Positions 19,877 through 29,730 of a stretch of 64,000 bases of DNA are shown piece by piece (the stretch's first letter is position 1; every line of letters begins with the position of its first letter). Made by a program: the position numbers and the translations under genes. The DNA comes from Candidatus Micrarchaeota archaeon (lineage in GTDB: Archaea > Micrarchaeota > Micrarchaeia > Anstonellales > Bilamarchaeaceae). The stretch is taken from assembly GCA_038046765.1 (NCBI GenBank), contig JBBSVN010000010.1, positions 1 through 64,000 of the forward strand. The letters are read 5' to 3'. The notes beneath the pieces are model-generated. The model did not search any database and was not told the DNA's origin. It was given only the letters and a program-made list of their open reading frames with translations.

Positions 19877-20280
19877 TTCAATGCCTCCCTTATCTTTTCT
19901 TTAACTGATTGAAAATCAGTTTCACTGTATGTGCTATGGGGAAATACTTTTAATTTATCATCTCTGTTTCTTGGAATGACATGCATGTGATAATGAAAAA
20001 CTGTTTGGCCAGCCTCGCGTTTATTTGAGTTCATTAAATTCACTCCTTCTGCTCCTGTTGCTTTTACAAGTGCATCTGCGACTTTTTTAGCACCCAGAGT
20101 TACTGCAGCTAAATCCTCTTCGTTAATTGCAAATATATCGTCAGAATGGTTTTTTGGTATAACCAATGTATGTCCTTTACTTACTGGTTTTATATCTAAA
20201 AACGCAACAACTTTTTCATCCTCATAAATTCGATGATTCGGTATTAATCCACTTACAATTTTACAAAATATACAGTCCAT
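19873..20280 (-). CDS. HIT family hydrolase
   Basis: MDCIFCKI, GHTLVIPK, 'AGQTVFHYHMHVIPR'. Confidence 0.95.
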   Translation of the reverse strand: MDCIFCKIVSGLIPNHRIYEDEKVVAFLDIKPVSKGHTLVIPKNHSDDIFAINEEDLAAVTLGAKKVADALVKATGAEGVNLMNSNKREAGQTVFHYHMHVIPRNRDDKLKVFPHSTYSETDFQSVKEKIREALK

Positions 20281-20350
20281 ATCTATTTTAACTGGCGTTA
20301 GATTTATAAATGCTTAATCATGAATATGTATAATATTTCATGTGATGCTA

Positions 20351-20692
20351 ATGGTATTTAAACAAGAAGAAGAAACACCAAAGGAAACTAAAGTCGAGTC
20401 TATCCGTTCTCCTGATTTTAAAACTTTCATGGCATCTAATAAAGAAGCAGTTAAGTTAATTACTCAAATGAAAGAATTTAAAGAGAAAGGGCTAAAGTTA
20501 CGTGGTGTAACTGAATTAGCTGCCGCTCTTTGGACAAATCGAATTGATTTATCTGATAAGCAGGTAATAAGTGAAGCTAAGGAAATTGTTTCAAAGATGA
20601 CGGGAGCTGATAAATTCGAAGCAATACTAGCAAAACAATTTAAGTTAAAATCTGATGTGCTACCTGCTTCTAAAGAAAGAAAAGTGGCCTGA
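20351..20692 (+). CDS. Hypothetical protein
   Basis: Charged alpha-helical ORF with TTTATAAA promoter upstream; exact start uncertain (20342-20351). Confidence 0.65.
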   Translation: MVFKQEEETPKETKVESIRSPDFKTFMASNKEAVKLITQMKEFKEKGLKLRGVTELAAALWTNRIDLSDKQVISEAKEIVSKMTGADKFEAILAKQFKLKSDVLPASKERKVA

Positions 20693-20748
20693 TTTTCTAT
20701 TTTACCTAATTCGAAACGCTTTAATTCTGTTTTTTCCTAAATATAATC

Positions 20749-22014
20749 ATGGCAATTTCGGATCATAAACCGCAAGCGAGAATTCTTGCATTAGAAAGAA
20801 GTGCTAGAACTTCTAATCATAGATCTATTATCCAAGCTACAAAAGCCCCCATATTAGAAACATTAAGACCTTCGTTAACTGACCATATATTTCAAAGCAG
20901 GCGCCTTAAAATTTATGTTCGAAGCTGGTATGTTCGGATTGGATTTGGACTAGAAGATTCCCAAAAGTTAAAATACATCCCTATCGAAACTCTAGAAAAA
21001 TCATTAAAAACAAAAGATGCTCCAAGAAAGACAACTTATCGGGAAATGCACTTACTTGAGGCAGTTCTTTTAGTTAAACATATCTTACTTGGTTATGAAA
21101 AAGAAAAAGACCAAATTGCAGAAACCTTACGCGGTTTAGACCTTTTTAATGCTTCTTTAGCTGCAAACATAACTGTTGGATGTACTAATTCTCAAATTGA
21201 TCAAGCGATAGCCGAATTATCTATGTGCCTAACTAGTTTAGCGCATAAAAAAGTCGCAATAAAAAAATTACTTGCACCACATAGGATTCAAAGTACAATT
21301 CAAATGCTTGAAGACGCAAAATTACTCGAAGGCGGAAAGCGAAAACAAAAAATAAGTCAGGCATGTGCTAAATTTACCTCTGCCAGAGCGAGGCTTGAAT
21401 GGAGGGAAAATCAAATAGAAAAAATTGCAGCTTATAACCAGATAAGACTAAATGTTTTAGAAATCAGACTGGATAAATGGCTTTTAGATCAATTATTTGT
21501 TTTTGCAGATAAAACCTTGGAGCTATATGCTCACATTAATAAGGACCGTATAAAATTAGCAGTATTGGCTCGAGTTCAAAGAAGAGCTAGAAAAGGACCA
21601 GATATTGAGCAGTTAAAAAAATCTTTAAAAAAGGATGCACATCTATTTACTGTTCCAGAACGACAGAAGGAAGGTGCTGATGCAATTGTAGAACAGATGC
21701 GACTTGGTTTAAATCCGATTGAAGGCAGAAAAATTGATTTTCTAATTGGTCATTATCGCTGGCTCTATCGCTACATACAAAGAGAAGACTGGGAAAATGT
21801 AAAAAGAAAAGTTGCTTACTTAAAGACATTTGTAAATGGAAATAAACCCGCGTATATTATCGATCAGTTAGATCAATTAAATTCTGAAAAATTCAATTTA
21901 GTTCTAGTTCATTTAAAAGATGCATTTTCTATGTTTGAACTTAAAAGACCAAGAGAAGCAAGATTTAACTTTGAAAAGGCAGAAGCAGAAATGCGAAAAA
22001 TTATGATGATTTAA
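20749..22014 (+). CDS. Hypothetical basic alpha-helical/coiled-coil protein
   Basis: 421-aa ORF, TATA-like box about 25 nt upstream, no motif recognised. Confidence 0.7.
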   Translation: MAISDHKPQARILALERSARTSNHRSIIQATKAPILETLRPSLTDHIFQSRRLKIYVRSWYVRIGFGLEDSQKLKYIPIETLEKSLKTKDAPRKTTYREMHLLEAVLLVKHILLGYEKEKDQIAETLRGLDLFNASLAANITVGCTNSQIDQAIAELSMCLTSLAHKKVAIKKLLAPHRIQSTIQMLEDAKLLEGGKRKQKISQACAKFTSARARLEWRENQIEKIAAYNQIRLNVLEIRLDKWLLDQLFVFADKTLELYAHINKDRIKLAVLARVQRRARKGPDIEQLKKSLKKDAHLFTVPERQKEGADAIVEQMRLGLNPIEGRKIDFLIGHYRWLYRYIQREDWENVKRKVAYLKTFVNGNKPAYIIDQLDQLNSEKFNLVLVHLKDAFSMFELKRPREARFNFEKAEAEMRKIMMI

Positions 22015-22035
22015 ATCAAATTTGGGTGAATACTT

Positions 22036-22785
22036 GTGAACTGGCGAATTATCTCTTTAGAAGAAAATAATGCATTTACGAATATGGCGATTGATGAGGC
22101 AATAAGCGAAACTGTTGCAAACGGTAAGTCATTACCTACAATTCGTTTTTATACTTGGAAACCAAGCGCAGTTTCAATCGGGTGCTTTCAGAGTATGGCT
22201 GATGAAATCGATTCGAGTGTATGCTCAAATCTTGGGGTTGATGCAGTTCGAAGAAGAACTGGCGGAGGCGCAGTTTATCATGATAATTTAGGTGAAATTA
22301 CCTATAGTGTAATTGCTCCTCAAAATATGTTCCCGTCAAACATTATTGAAAGCTACAAAATCATTTGCGGATGGATCATAGATAGTTTATCTCTACTTAA
22401 TATTCAAGCGCAGTTCGTTCCGATAAATGATATTGTAAGCGGTGGGAAGAAAATTTCAGGAAATGCGCAGACAAGACGTGGCGGAGTTTTATTGCAGCAT
22501 GGCACTATTCTTTACGATGTCGATGTTAAGAAGATGTTTTCACTATTAAAAGTTCCTAATGAAAAAATCAGAGATAAAATGATTGCGACAGTTGAAGAAC
22601 GGGTTACTAGCATAAAAAGAATAAAACCAGAAATTACAAGAGATGCTCTTTACCAAGCTTTAGTTAAAGGATTTATTAATGGTAAATCGTTCAGCTTTGG
22701 TTCTTTAACTGGGGAAGAAATTTCTCGTGCAAAAGAATTAGCAGAAACTAGGTACTCAAATAAAGAATGGAATTTTTCAAGATAA
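22036..22785 (+). CDS. lplA: Lipoate-protein ligase A family catalytic domain
   Basis: NMAIDEA, RRRTGGGAVYHD, 'ND...GKKISGNAQ', LQHGT. Confidence 0.9.
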   Translation: MNWRIISLEENNAFTNMAIDEAISETVANGKSLPTIRFYTWKPSAVSIGCFQSMADEIDSSVCSNLGVDAVRRRTGGGAVYHDNLGEITYSVIAPQNMFPSNIIESYKIICGWIIDSLSLLNIQAQFVPINDIVSGGKKISGNAQTRRGGVLLQHGTILYDVDVKKMFSLLKVPNEKIRDKMIATVEERVTSIKRIKPEITRDALYQALVKGFINGKSFSFGSLTGEEISRAKELAETRYSNKEWNFSR

Positions 22786-22850
22786 ACTTCTATTTCGTTG
22801 TATTTTTCGCTTTCCGTTTTTTTTAAATGTTTGCCATTAAATAAATATTT

Positions 22851-23267
22851 ATGAACATCTTAAAAATATTTTTAGGACTAGGATTAGTGATGGGCTTTGT
22901 GATGGCTCTAAGCGGAATCGCTTTTGCAGATGCAGTACCAGCAGTTTATTTGACCAACCCTCAAAATAACACAAATGGAACAGCAAACCCAGTAGATTTG
23001 CACTTTTTTGCAAATGATGTTGAAGACTCAACATTAACGTGCTATTTGTATGTTACTGATGAACTTTCTAGCCTTGGATGGAACCCTGCTAACTATGTCT
23101 TTATTCATAGACAAACTATGAACAACGTACCTGTAAATCAAGTAAGTTACTTTACGTATACATTCCCATCGGCAGGTAGTTACGAATGGACGATTAGATG
23201 CGATGACTCATTTGGTAATCAAAAGTGGGCTGACTGGTTTGTAAGATCTGTTCATGTACAATCATAA
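22851..23267 (+). CDS. Secreted single Ig-like domain protein
   Basis: Signal peptide (..GIAFA|D); 'PAVYLTNP...DVEDSTLTC...GSYEWTIRCDDSFGN', similar to the repeats in ORF 1-1551. Confidence 0.75.
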   Translation: MNILKIFLGLGLVMGFVMALSGIAFADAVPAVYLTNPQNNTNGTANPVDLHFFANDVEDSTLTCYLYVTDELSSLGWNPANYVFIHRQTMNNVPVNQVSYFTYTFPSAGSYEWTIRCDDSFGNQKWADWFVRSVHVQS

Positions 23268-23339
23268 TATTCTACATTTATTTTCTTTTTCTTTTTTTAA
23301 TATCTTTATAAAAACGTTATTTTGGTTATCTTTGCCAAC

Positions 23340-23374
23340 TATATCCTAAACAATAACGTTAAAGTTTACGATAT
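23340..23374. repeat. 35-bp direct repeat, copy 1 (palindromic core)
   Basis: TATATCCTAAACAATAACGTTAAAGTTTACGATAT, identical to 24729-24763. Confidence 0.93.
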
Positions 23375-23404
23375 GATTATAAACTATTACGTTTATATCT
23401 ATTT

Positions 23405-24703
23405 ATGGAGAATGCACAACTGATGGAAATCCTCTTAGATTGGAATATCTGGAGAAAAGAAATTTATACGGGTATAGAACGAACTGATCAACTAGGAAAA
23501 ATCGAAAAATTAGCTTCTTCAGAGCAGGTTACTGTTATCTCTGGCCCAAGAAGAGCTGGAAAATCTACGATCATGCTTCAATACTTAAAATCCCTGCTTT
23601 CAAAAGGCATAAAAAAAGAACAAACGTTATTTGTTAATTTTGAGGATTCACGTTTCATTAATCTTGATGTGAACACTTTAAACAAATTATATGCTATCTA
23701 TAAACAAAATATAAATCCTTCATCAAAGTCCTACATTTTTCTTGATGAAGTTCAAAAAGTTCTATCCTGGGAGCGCTTTGTGCGTGGATTACATGAAAGA
23801 AAGGAAGCAAATCTTTTTGTATCTGGTTCCAACTCGCAATTGCTAAGTTCGGAATACGGGACTTCGCTAACTGGCAGGCACTTAGACTTAGAGATTTATC
23901 CTCTTTCTTTTAAAGAGTTTTTATCTTTTAATTCTATTAGTGTAGCTGACAACCTAGATTACGTCTCAAAAAGAGACACTCTCAAAAACTTATTTAACGA
24001 GTATCTTACTTATGGTGGTTTTCCGAAAGTTGTTCTTGAAAAAGAAAATAAAAAGGAATTACTTAAGACATACTTCGAGGATATCCTTTTTAAGGATATA
24101 ATAAATAAATACAAGGTTCGGGAAAGCGAAAAGTTAAGCACACTTGCATATTACTATCTAAGTAATATTTCTTCTGCGCATACGATTAATAGTATAAGCA
24201 AGTTCATTCCTCTTTCTAATGATACACTTGATCGTTTTTCACAATATCTTAACCAAGCTTATTTACTATTTTTTGTTCCCAAATTTTCAACTTCTTTAAA
24301 AGAGCAAGCTATAAATGCAAAAAAAGTATATGCAATTGATACTGGTTTAAAAAATATGGCAGGTTTTAAGCATAATGAAGACTTTGGAAAATTACTTGAA
24401 AATCTTGTTTTCCTTGAACTTAAAAGGCAAAAGAAAGAAATTTATTACTGGAAAGATCGTTATGATTACGAAGTGGATTTTGTTATTAAACAAGGTCTTA
24501 AGCCAAGTAATCTGATCCAGGTTTGCTGGGATTTATCAAATGAGAAGGTTAAGCAAAGAGAAACGCGATCATTAGAACGGGCAATGGAAGAATACAAGTT
24601 AAATGAAGGCACAATAATTACGCAAGACTACGAGGGTGAAGAAAATATTGGCGGTAAAAAAATACTATATAAATCAGCAGTTAAATGGTTTTTAGGTATT
24701 TAA
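23405..24703 (+). CDS. AAA+ ATPase (AAA_14 + DUF4143 type) with C-terminal PD-(D/E)xK-like domain
   Basis: Walker A GPRRAGKST, Walker B IFLDEVQ, VSGSN, LTGR, YGGFP, 'KKVYAIDTG', 'ENLV', 'EVDFV'. Confidence 0.92.
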   Translation: MENAQLMEILLDWNIWRKEIYTGIERTDQLGKIEKLASSEQVTVISGPRRAGKSTIMLQYLKSLLSKGIKKEQTLFVNFEDSRFINLDVNTLNKLYAIYKQNINPSSKSYIFLDEVQKVLSWERFVRGLHERKEANLFVSGSNSQLLSSEYGTSLTGRHLDLEIYPLSFKEFLSFNSISVADNLDYVSKRDTLKNLFNEYLTYGGFPKVVLEKENKKELLKTYFEDILFKDIINKYKVRESEKLSTLAYYYLSNISSAHTINSISKFIPLSNDTLDRFSQYLNQAYLLFFVPKFSTSLKEQAINAKKVYAIDTGLKNMAGFKHNEDFGKLLENLVFLELKRQKKEIYYWKDRYDYEVDFVIKQGLKPSNLIQVCWDLSNEKVKQRETRSLERAMEEYKLNEGTIITQDYEGEENIGGKKILYKSAVKWFLGI

Positions 24704-24728
24704 CACAAAAAACGCCATACCTATCAAG

Positions 24729-24763
24729 TATATCCTAAACAATAACGTTAAAGTTTACGATAT
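24729..24763. repeat. 35-bp direct repeat, copy 2
   Basis: Identical to 23340-23374. Confidence 0.93.
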
Positions 24764-24815
24764 ACTTAGTAACTATAACGCTAAAAATAAAATAAACGAA
24801 TAAAAAGTAATATTT

Positions 24816-25073
24816 ATGCAACTTAAAATCCGTGTCCACCCAAATTCAATAAAATTTCGAATCCTTGAGAAGGAAGATGTTCTTCACGTTTACTTAGAGA
24901 GTGAACCCGAGAAAAACAAGGCAAATCTAGAATTAATAAAAAAACTCACAAAGCTTTTTGACACAGAAGTAACTCTGGTCTCTGGATTAAAAAGCAGAGA
25001 TAAAACGGTAAATATAAATATCTTGGAAGATGAGTGGAACACTATAAAACAAAAATTACTTGAAAAAAGGTGA
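24816..25073 (+). CDS. DUF167/YggU family protein
   Basis: 'IRVHPNS...PEKNKANLELIK.L...LVSGLKSRDK'. Confidence 0.88.
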   Translation: MQLKIRVHPNSIKFRILEKEDVLHVYLESEPEKNKANLELIKKLTKLFDTEVTLVSGLKSRDKTVNINILEDEWNTIKQKLLEKR

Positions 25074-25077
25074 ACAT

Positions 25078-25422
25078 ATGTTTATTTTTCAGTATGCATA
25101 TACATCAAAACCCGAAGATTTATCAGTCAAGAAAGCACCTAAGGAATTAGTTAAAGATATGATAAAATTGGCACAATCTTCTACGTCTATAGTTTCTATA
25201 AATAGTCTTAAGGAAAGACAAAAAGATTTGGAAAAAGCAATTAAAGACTTAAACGCATTAATGAATACAAAAAACGAATTCGGGATTAATCCAAATAAGC
25301 CTATAAATGACATCATGCTAAAAGCAATGGCCGAACTTGTCCTTGCGTCAAGCCAAAATCAGGGAATGATTCGTGAACTTGAAAGAAAGACAAACGCTAA
25401 AGCGAAATTTTCAAAAAAATAA
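25078..25422 (+). CDS. Hypothetical protein
   Basis: GGTGA RBS before ATG 25078; helical, Lys-rich. Confidence 0.6.
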   Translation: MFIFQYAYTSKPEDLSVKKAPKELVKDMIKLAQSSTSIVSINSLKERQKDLEKAIKDLNALMNTKNEFGINPNKPINDIMLKAMAELVLASSQNQGMIRELERKTNAKAKFSKK

Positions 25423-25425
25423 AAT

Positions 25426-27129
25426 CTAGCAGGTAAATATAAAAATCAATTTATCCTTCTCTTTTTTGTCTAACCTGCAAAATCCAAATCTTTCAAACTG
25501 TATCATATCTCCAATATCTAAATTCATGCAATCTGATTCACAGTATCCTTTTACAATTTCTAAACTATTCGGAATGTAGTTTTTATTTTCATCCACTAAT
25601 TCTTTTGGAACCATAATTTCGCAATCTATTTTACTTTCTTCGCTTACCCACTGGATTTTCTTCTCAACCATCGCATCTGGCATTTGTTCAACGGTAAGTT
25701 CTTTTTCTGATGTTATTAGTTTCGCATTGGACAAATCTTTTAGTCTAAATATCTCATTTTTCTTTAAACTTTCTGCATCGCTACTACTAATGTAAAGTGT
25801 ATCATTTACTTTTATTTCTCTAAATCCGTAATCGGCTGATGGGTGCAATTTGATTTTAACATCGGTTTCTTTAGCATTTTTTATTTTCATTTTAACTGGA
25901 TTACTTACAAAGAAATAATGCTTTGAAGTTGGTTCAATAAGTTTCTTATTTTCAACCAATAATCGTTCCCAAGTGGGTTCGCTTTCAACTTTACTTAAAC
26001 CAAAAGAAAGTACAAAGTTCTTAATTGCTTGAGGTATTATTCCTCTTCTTCTTAGTGCAACCAGTGTTGGCAATCTCGGGTCATCCCAGCCCAAAACTTT
26101 TCCTTCTTTTACTAGCGGAACTAGTAAACGTTTGCTAATTGGAGCACCTTTAATTGCGAGCCTTGAAAACCCGATCATTTTTGGTGCAATTAAATCAAGT
26201 GCAGTAAATATAGCTTGATAGAGTTCATCTCGTAGTTCATATTCTTTTGAGCGCATTGGGTGAGTCGTTCCTTCAATTAAATCCATTATGCAAACAGCTA
26301 AATCATATCCAGGCCAAACTCTGTACTTTTCTGCTTGACGATAATGTTTTGCAATAATTATTCTTGCGAGCATTGGATCTCGCATTACGGTGTTCAGTGC
26401 GCTTAAATTTCCTCTAAATCTAAGTATTGCATCTCCTTCGTTGTATTTGCCATTAAGCATATCTTTCCAGCGTAAGAGGTTGTCTTTTGGTTTTAACCCG
26501 TGGCATGCGCAAGGTTTCATTTCTTCTCTTAATTTACTTATTGTTTCTTGCTTGCAAGTACAAACATATGCCTTTTCTTTGGAAATAAGTTTTTCTGCGT
26601 ATTCATAAATTTCTTGGATATGGTCGCTAGTATAATTTTCTTCGTCCCATTTTATCCCAAGCCAGGTTATTCCCTCTTTTATCCCTTCTACGTATTCTTG
26701 CGATTCTTTTTCGGGATTGGTGTCATCAAATCTTAAAACAAGTTTTCCTTGGTAATTTCGGGTAATTTCATTAACTAAACATAATGCTTTAGCGTGTCCT
26801 ATATGGGAGTATCCGCTAGGTTCAGGGGCAAATCTAGTTACAACTTTTCCAATCTCTGCTCCTTCTACTTCGAGTTCTTTTTTCTCCTCCTTCTTTTTCT
26901 CTTCAAAGTGATAATTTTTAAGTTCCTCCTCTACTGCTTCTTTGGAAAGCTTGTTTATTTCAGAAACGATTGCGTTTATTTTCTGCATTGTCCCTTTCAT
27001 GTCTGTTTTGCAATCCGGCACTTCGCCTATAACCTTGCCTACAACCGAGCCTGCGCTGGCTTTTCCAAAATCATGTGCATTCTTTAGTGCGTGTTTACGA
27101 ATAATTTGGTCTAAATTAGTAGAAGTCAT
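25426..27129 (-). CDS. gltX: Glutamate--tRNA ligase (archaeal type)
   Basis: TRFAPEPSGYSHIGH, RFDDTNP, ISKR, GWDDPRLPT, QFERFGF; archaeal N-terminal 'HALKNA..FGKA..GSVVGK'. Confidence 0.96.
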   Translation of the reverse strand: MTSTNLDQIIRKHALKNAHDFGKASAGSVVGKVIGEVPDCKTDMKGTMQKINAIVSEINKLSKEAVEEELKNYHFEEKKKEEKKELEVEGAEIGKVVTRFAPEPSGYSHIGHAKALCLVNEITRNYQGKLVLRFDDTNPEKESQEYVEGIKEGITWLGIKWDEENYTSDHIQEIYEYAEKLISKEKAYVCTCKQETISKLREEMKPCACHGLKPKDNLLRWKDMLNGKYNEGDAILRFRGNLSALNTVMRDPMLARIIIAKHYRQAEKYRVWPGYDLAVCIMDLIEGTTHPMRSKEYELRDELYQAIFTALDLIAPKMIGFSRLAIKGAPISKRLLVPLVKEGKVLGWDDPRLPTLVALRRRGIIPQAIKNFVLSFGLSKVESEPTWERLLVENKKLIEPTSKHYFFVSNPVKMKIKNAKETDVKIKLHPSADYGFREIKVNDTLYISSSDAESLKKNEIFRLKDLSNAKLITSEKELTVEQMPDAMVEKKIQWVSEESKIDCEIMVPKELVDENKNYIPNSLEIVKGYCESDCMNLDIGDMIQFERFGFCRLDKKEKDKLIFIFTC

Positions 27130-27154
27130 AACTAAGATAATAAATGGAAATACT

Positions 27155-28084
27155 TTAAATCAGTTCTTCTTGAGTTATTTCGTGTGCAATACGTAATACT
27201 GTCCTTACAATTTTTTCTCCTGCGAATTTTTTATATATTGCATCGAATCTCGCGTTTTCAATTCGCGCTTCAAGTTCCTTTGTTCGGTCTTCCGGGCTTA
27301 CTGAAGCACTTTGTAATATTACTATAGTTTCTGGTGATTCCAATCTTAATTTACCTATGAATTCCAAGCCTTCTGGCAAATAGATTCCATCGGAACCCCG
27401 TCTTTTGCCCGCTTCACTGTCTTTAGTCCAATCTAAATCGATAATTATTATATCTGGTTTTGCTAATCTTGAAATTCTTAGTGCCTCATCAACATCTTCT
27501 ATCCTTCTTTGACTTACGATTCTAACTTGGTCATATAACTTTTCATGATAAAAATCAACGATGGACGTCTCATCATCAAATATTGCAATTTTTGCTTGCA
27601 TTAATTTTCTTCTTATTTGACTAGCAGCTAATTCTAAATCTTCTATTCTTTCAAAAACCAGATCAAATAATCTTCTTTCAATATTATTTAACTTAATTTC
27701 TCCCTGTTCTATTGCAACTATTACTGTTGCTGGATGCTCAGATCTAATCATTCTAGCTAAGTCTGTTGCCGGGTTATGTGCTCCTAGTACAAAATTAGTT
27801 GTAGTTAATAAAATTGAAGGTAAATGTGTGCGAAACTTTGTGTTTGCTTGCAGGACTGTATCGCAAAATTCGCCGTTAACTAGTTTCATATGTTTTTTCA
27901 GTTTCCCCTTTCTTTCTGGACTAAATGTGTGAGAGCCTTCAACCAATACTGCTGTAGGTTTTTCCCACTGTTCTCTGGCTCCAACGTGTTTTTCCCTTAA
28001 ATTATTTAGACGATGAGCAAGCTCGGGTGTGTACATTTGACCAGATATCCTTTTACCGGTTCTTATGGGAGTTCCTAAGCTCAT
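27155..28084 (-). CDS. Orphan protein with C-terminal response-regulator receiver (REC) domain
   Basis: 'IAIFDDE', 'PDIIIID' (phospho-acceptor), 'GLEFIGKLR', 'VILQSA', 'DAIYKK'. ATG 28084 lies about 26 nt after a TTTAAA box. Confidence 0.75.
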   Translation of the reverse strand: MSLGTPIRTGKRISGQMYTPELAHRLNNLREKHVGAREQWEKPTAVLVEGSHTFSPERKGKLKKHMKLVNGEFCDTVLQANTKFRTHLPSILLTTTNFVLGAHNPATDLARMIRSEHPATVIVAIEQGEIKLNNIERRLFDLVFERIEDLELAASQIRRKLMQAKIAIFDDETSIVDFYHEKLYDQVRIVSQRRIEDVDEALRISRLAKPDIIIIDLDWTKDSEAGKRRGSDGIYLPEGLEFIGKLRLESPETIVILQSASVSPEDRTKELEARIENARFDAIYKKFAGEKIVRTVLRIAHEITQEELI

Positions 28085-28220
28085 ACAAGAATATATCTTC
28101 ACAAGATGTTTTAAATCTATCTAATTTGTGTTTTTTAATGGTTTATTGCATAAATTAGAAACTCGATACGAAACACTAAATATGTAATACAAAACACAAA
28201 ATAATCAGATATAAAAAATT

Positions 28221-28382
28221 TGGGGTCACTGTGATTTTCAAACCAGAAGAAAAATTTCTTTTGGTGGTTTTTGAACACAGATCAAAGCCTTTTTCTTTTC
28301 TACACTACTTTTGCCATACGCAAATGCATTGACAAAAGTAGCAACCCGAAGGCCTCAGTCTACCAGGTTAGCCCATGACCCC
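28221..28382 (-). tRNA. tRNA-Pro(CGG) with two introns (37/38: 28291-28344; T-loop 59/60: 28235-28269)
   Basis: Minus strand: acceptor GGGGTCA/TGACCCC+A; anticodon stem AGGCC/GGCTT with loop TT-CGG-G^A; T arm CTGTG-TTCAAA^T-CACAG. Removing 54 and 35 nt gives a 73-nt tRNA without encoded CCA. Confidence 0.9.
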
Positions 28383-28515
28383 TTAATTGTAATTATATCT
28401 AATTATGTTGCCTAATACTTTAAAAATTACTTGGAAACCAATGCATATTATCTCTAATCCTGTCATTATTAGTGTAACAATATGTTTTTATACTTATTTG
28501 TGTATATAATATTGT

Positions 28516-29730
28516 ATGCAGCAGATACTAAAGCAAGTTCGCTTGTGGGATAAATCTCGTGAGCTTAGGCCATCTATATTTGAAAGACCAAATGCAATAT
28601 TGCCTAGCCGTGCAAAAAAACTAATTCATATGAAAACATTTAATGCGTTTTTCGATTCTTGGGTTGTCCCAGCTGCACTTTCTTTGAATCCTTATTTTGT
28701 AGCTGATATTAATTTACTCCTGGCTAAGCTTAGACGCAACGCTTTAGAGCCTAGAAATCTGGAGGTTCTAACTGGTGATCGGGTTGTTGATTTTGAACTT
28801 CTTTCAATTTATCTTGCAATTCGGGTTATGTTGGATCACACCGACTCTCTTGCTAGAAATCCGCTTAAAGATATGGATTTTATTTCAATTAATATCTTAA
28901 ATTCTCTAAAATCATCTGGGGGCATTCCCTTAACTAATCAACAATTGGTTCAGTCTTTTGACCGAATTTCTTTTTTAGATCAGAATATTCAAGCCGTATT
29001 ATATTCATATCTTGTAGAACCCGTTCTTAGGGGAGTTGTAAAATCTAATTCGCCTATTGCAAATGAAGTTCTTGATACTATCGCTACTTTTGTACGCTCA
29101 AAGGTCGATGGAGATATCTCATTTATTCTAAGTTATCCATTTTTTGGTGGATTTCGTTCTCGCCTTGTTGCAATTTTAGGTCCAGATGTAAAAAATAGTT
29201 TTTACGTAAGCCAGGATATTCTTGCACAAGTTTCTTCTTTTAGCGGTGAAAAACTTGGACATGTTACTGCTCTAGGTGATAAATTAAACGAAGAACATAT
29301 TGCAATGATTCTTATGTACCCTTGGGAAGCGTGTCATATTGAAAAAGCACTTGAAATGCAGAATCGAGGGATTAACGTTGTTGCTCCTGTGGGTACGATT
29401 CTTATAGATGAATTAGAATTTGCTCTATTTCGTTGGGTAAAAGGTACTACATTGCATAAATCCCAAGACAAATCTTTGTGGCATATGTACGGAAAGTTAA
29501 TTCGAACTTGTCATGATCGGGGAATTGTCATTGGCGATGTTGCTGGCAGAAATGTAATCTGGACTGGCAATGATTTAGTACCATTAGATTTTGAACATAC
29601 CTGGTTTATGCCATCCACATTTCCAGTAAATGCTCAAAATCGCTTAGTGCACTTTTCCAGAATAGAAGAAGAACTACGAGAAGCCCCTACACTATTTCGT
29701 TCTTTTATTCGTGGTTACTCGGGCATCTAA
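28516..29730 (+). CDS. Orphan protein with C-terminal protein-kinase-like (Kdo/WaaP/Bud32-like) domain
   Basis: 'RGINVVAP', 'WVKGTTL', catalytic loop 'HDRGIVIGDVAGRNVI', 'LDFEH'. Confidence 0.7.
   Translation: MQQILKQVRLWDKSRELRPSIFERPNAILPSRAKKLIHMKTFNAFFDSWVVPAALSLNPYFVADINLLLAKLRRNALEPRNLEVLTGDRVVDFELLSIYLAIRVMLDHTDSLARNPLKDMDFISINILNSLKSSGGIPLTNQQLVQSFDRISFLDQNIQAVLYSYLVEPVLRGVVKSNSPIANEVLDTIATFVRSKVDGDISFILSYPFFGGFRSRLVAILGPDVKNSFYVSQDILAQVSSFSGEKLGHVTALGDKLNEEHIAMILMYPWEACHIEKALEMQNRGINVVAPVGTILIDELEFALFRWVKGTTLHKSQDKSLWHMYGKLIRTCHDRGIVIGDVAGRNVIWTGNDLVPLDFEHTWFMPSTFPVNAQNRLVHFSRIEEELREAPTLFRSFIRGYSGI

Noticed and set aside
23340..24763. 35-bp repeat as a CRISPR array
   Set aside because: Only two copies, separated by a whole gene; no spacers and no cas genes.
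28221..29730. tRNA as integration site of a genomic island
   Set aside because: No integrase and no duplicated tRNA 3' end seen in the window.
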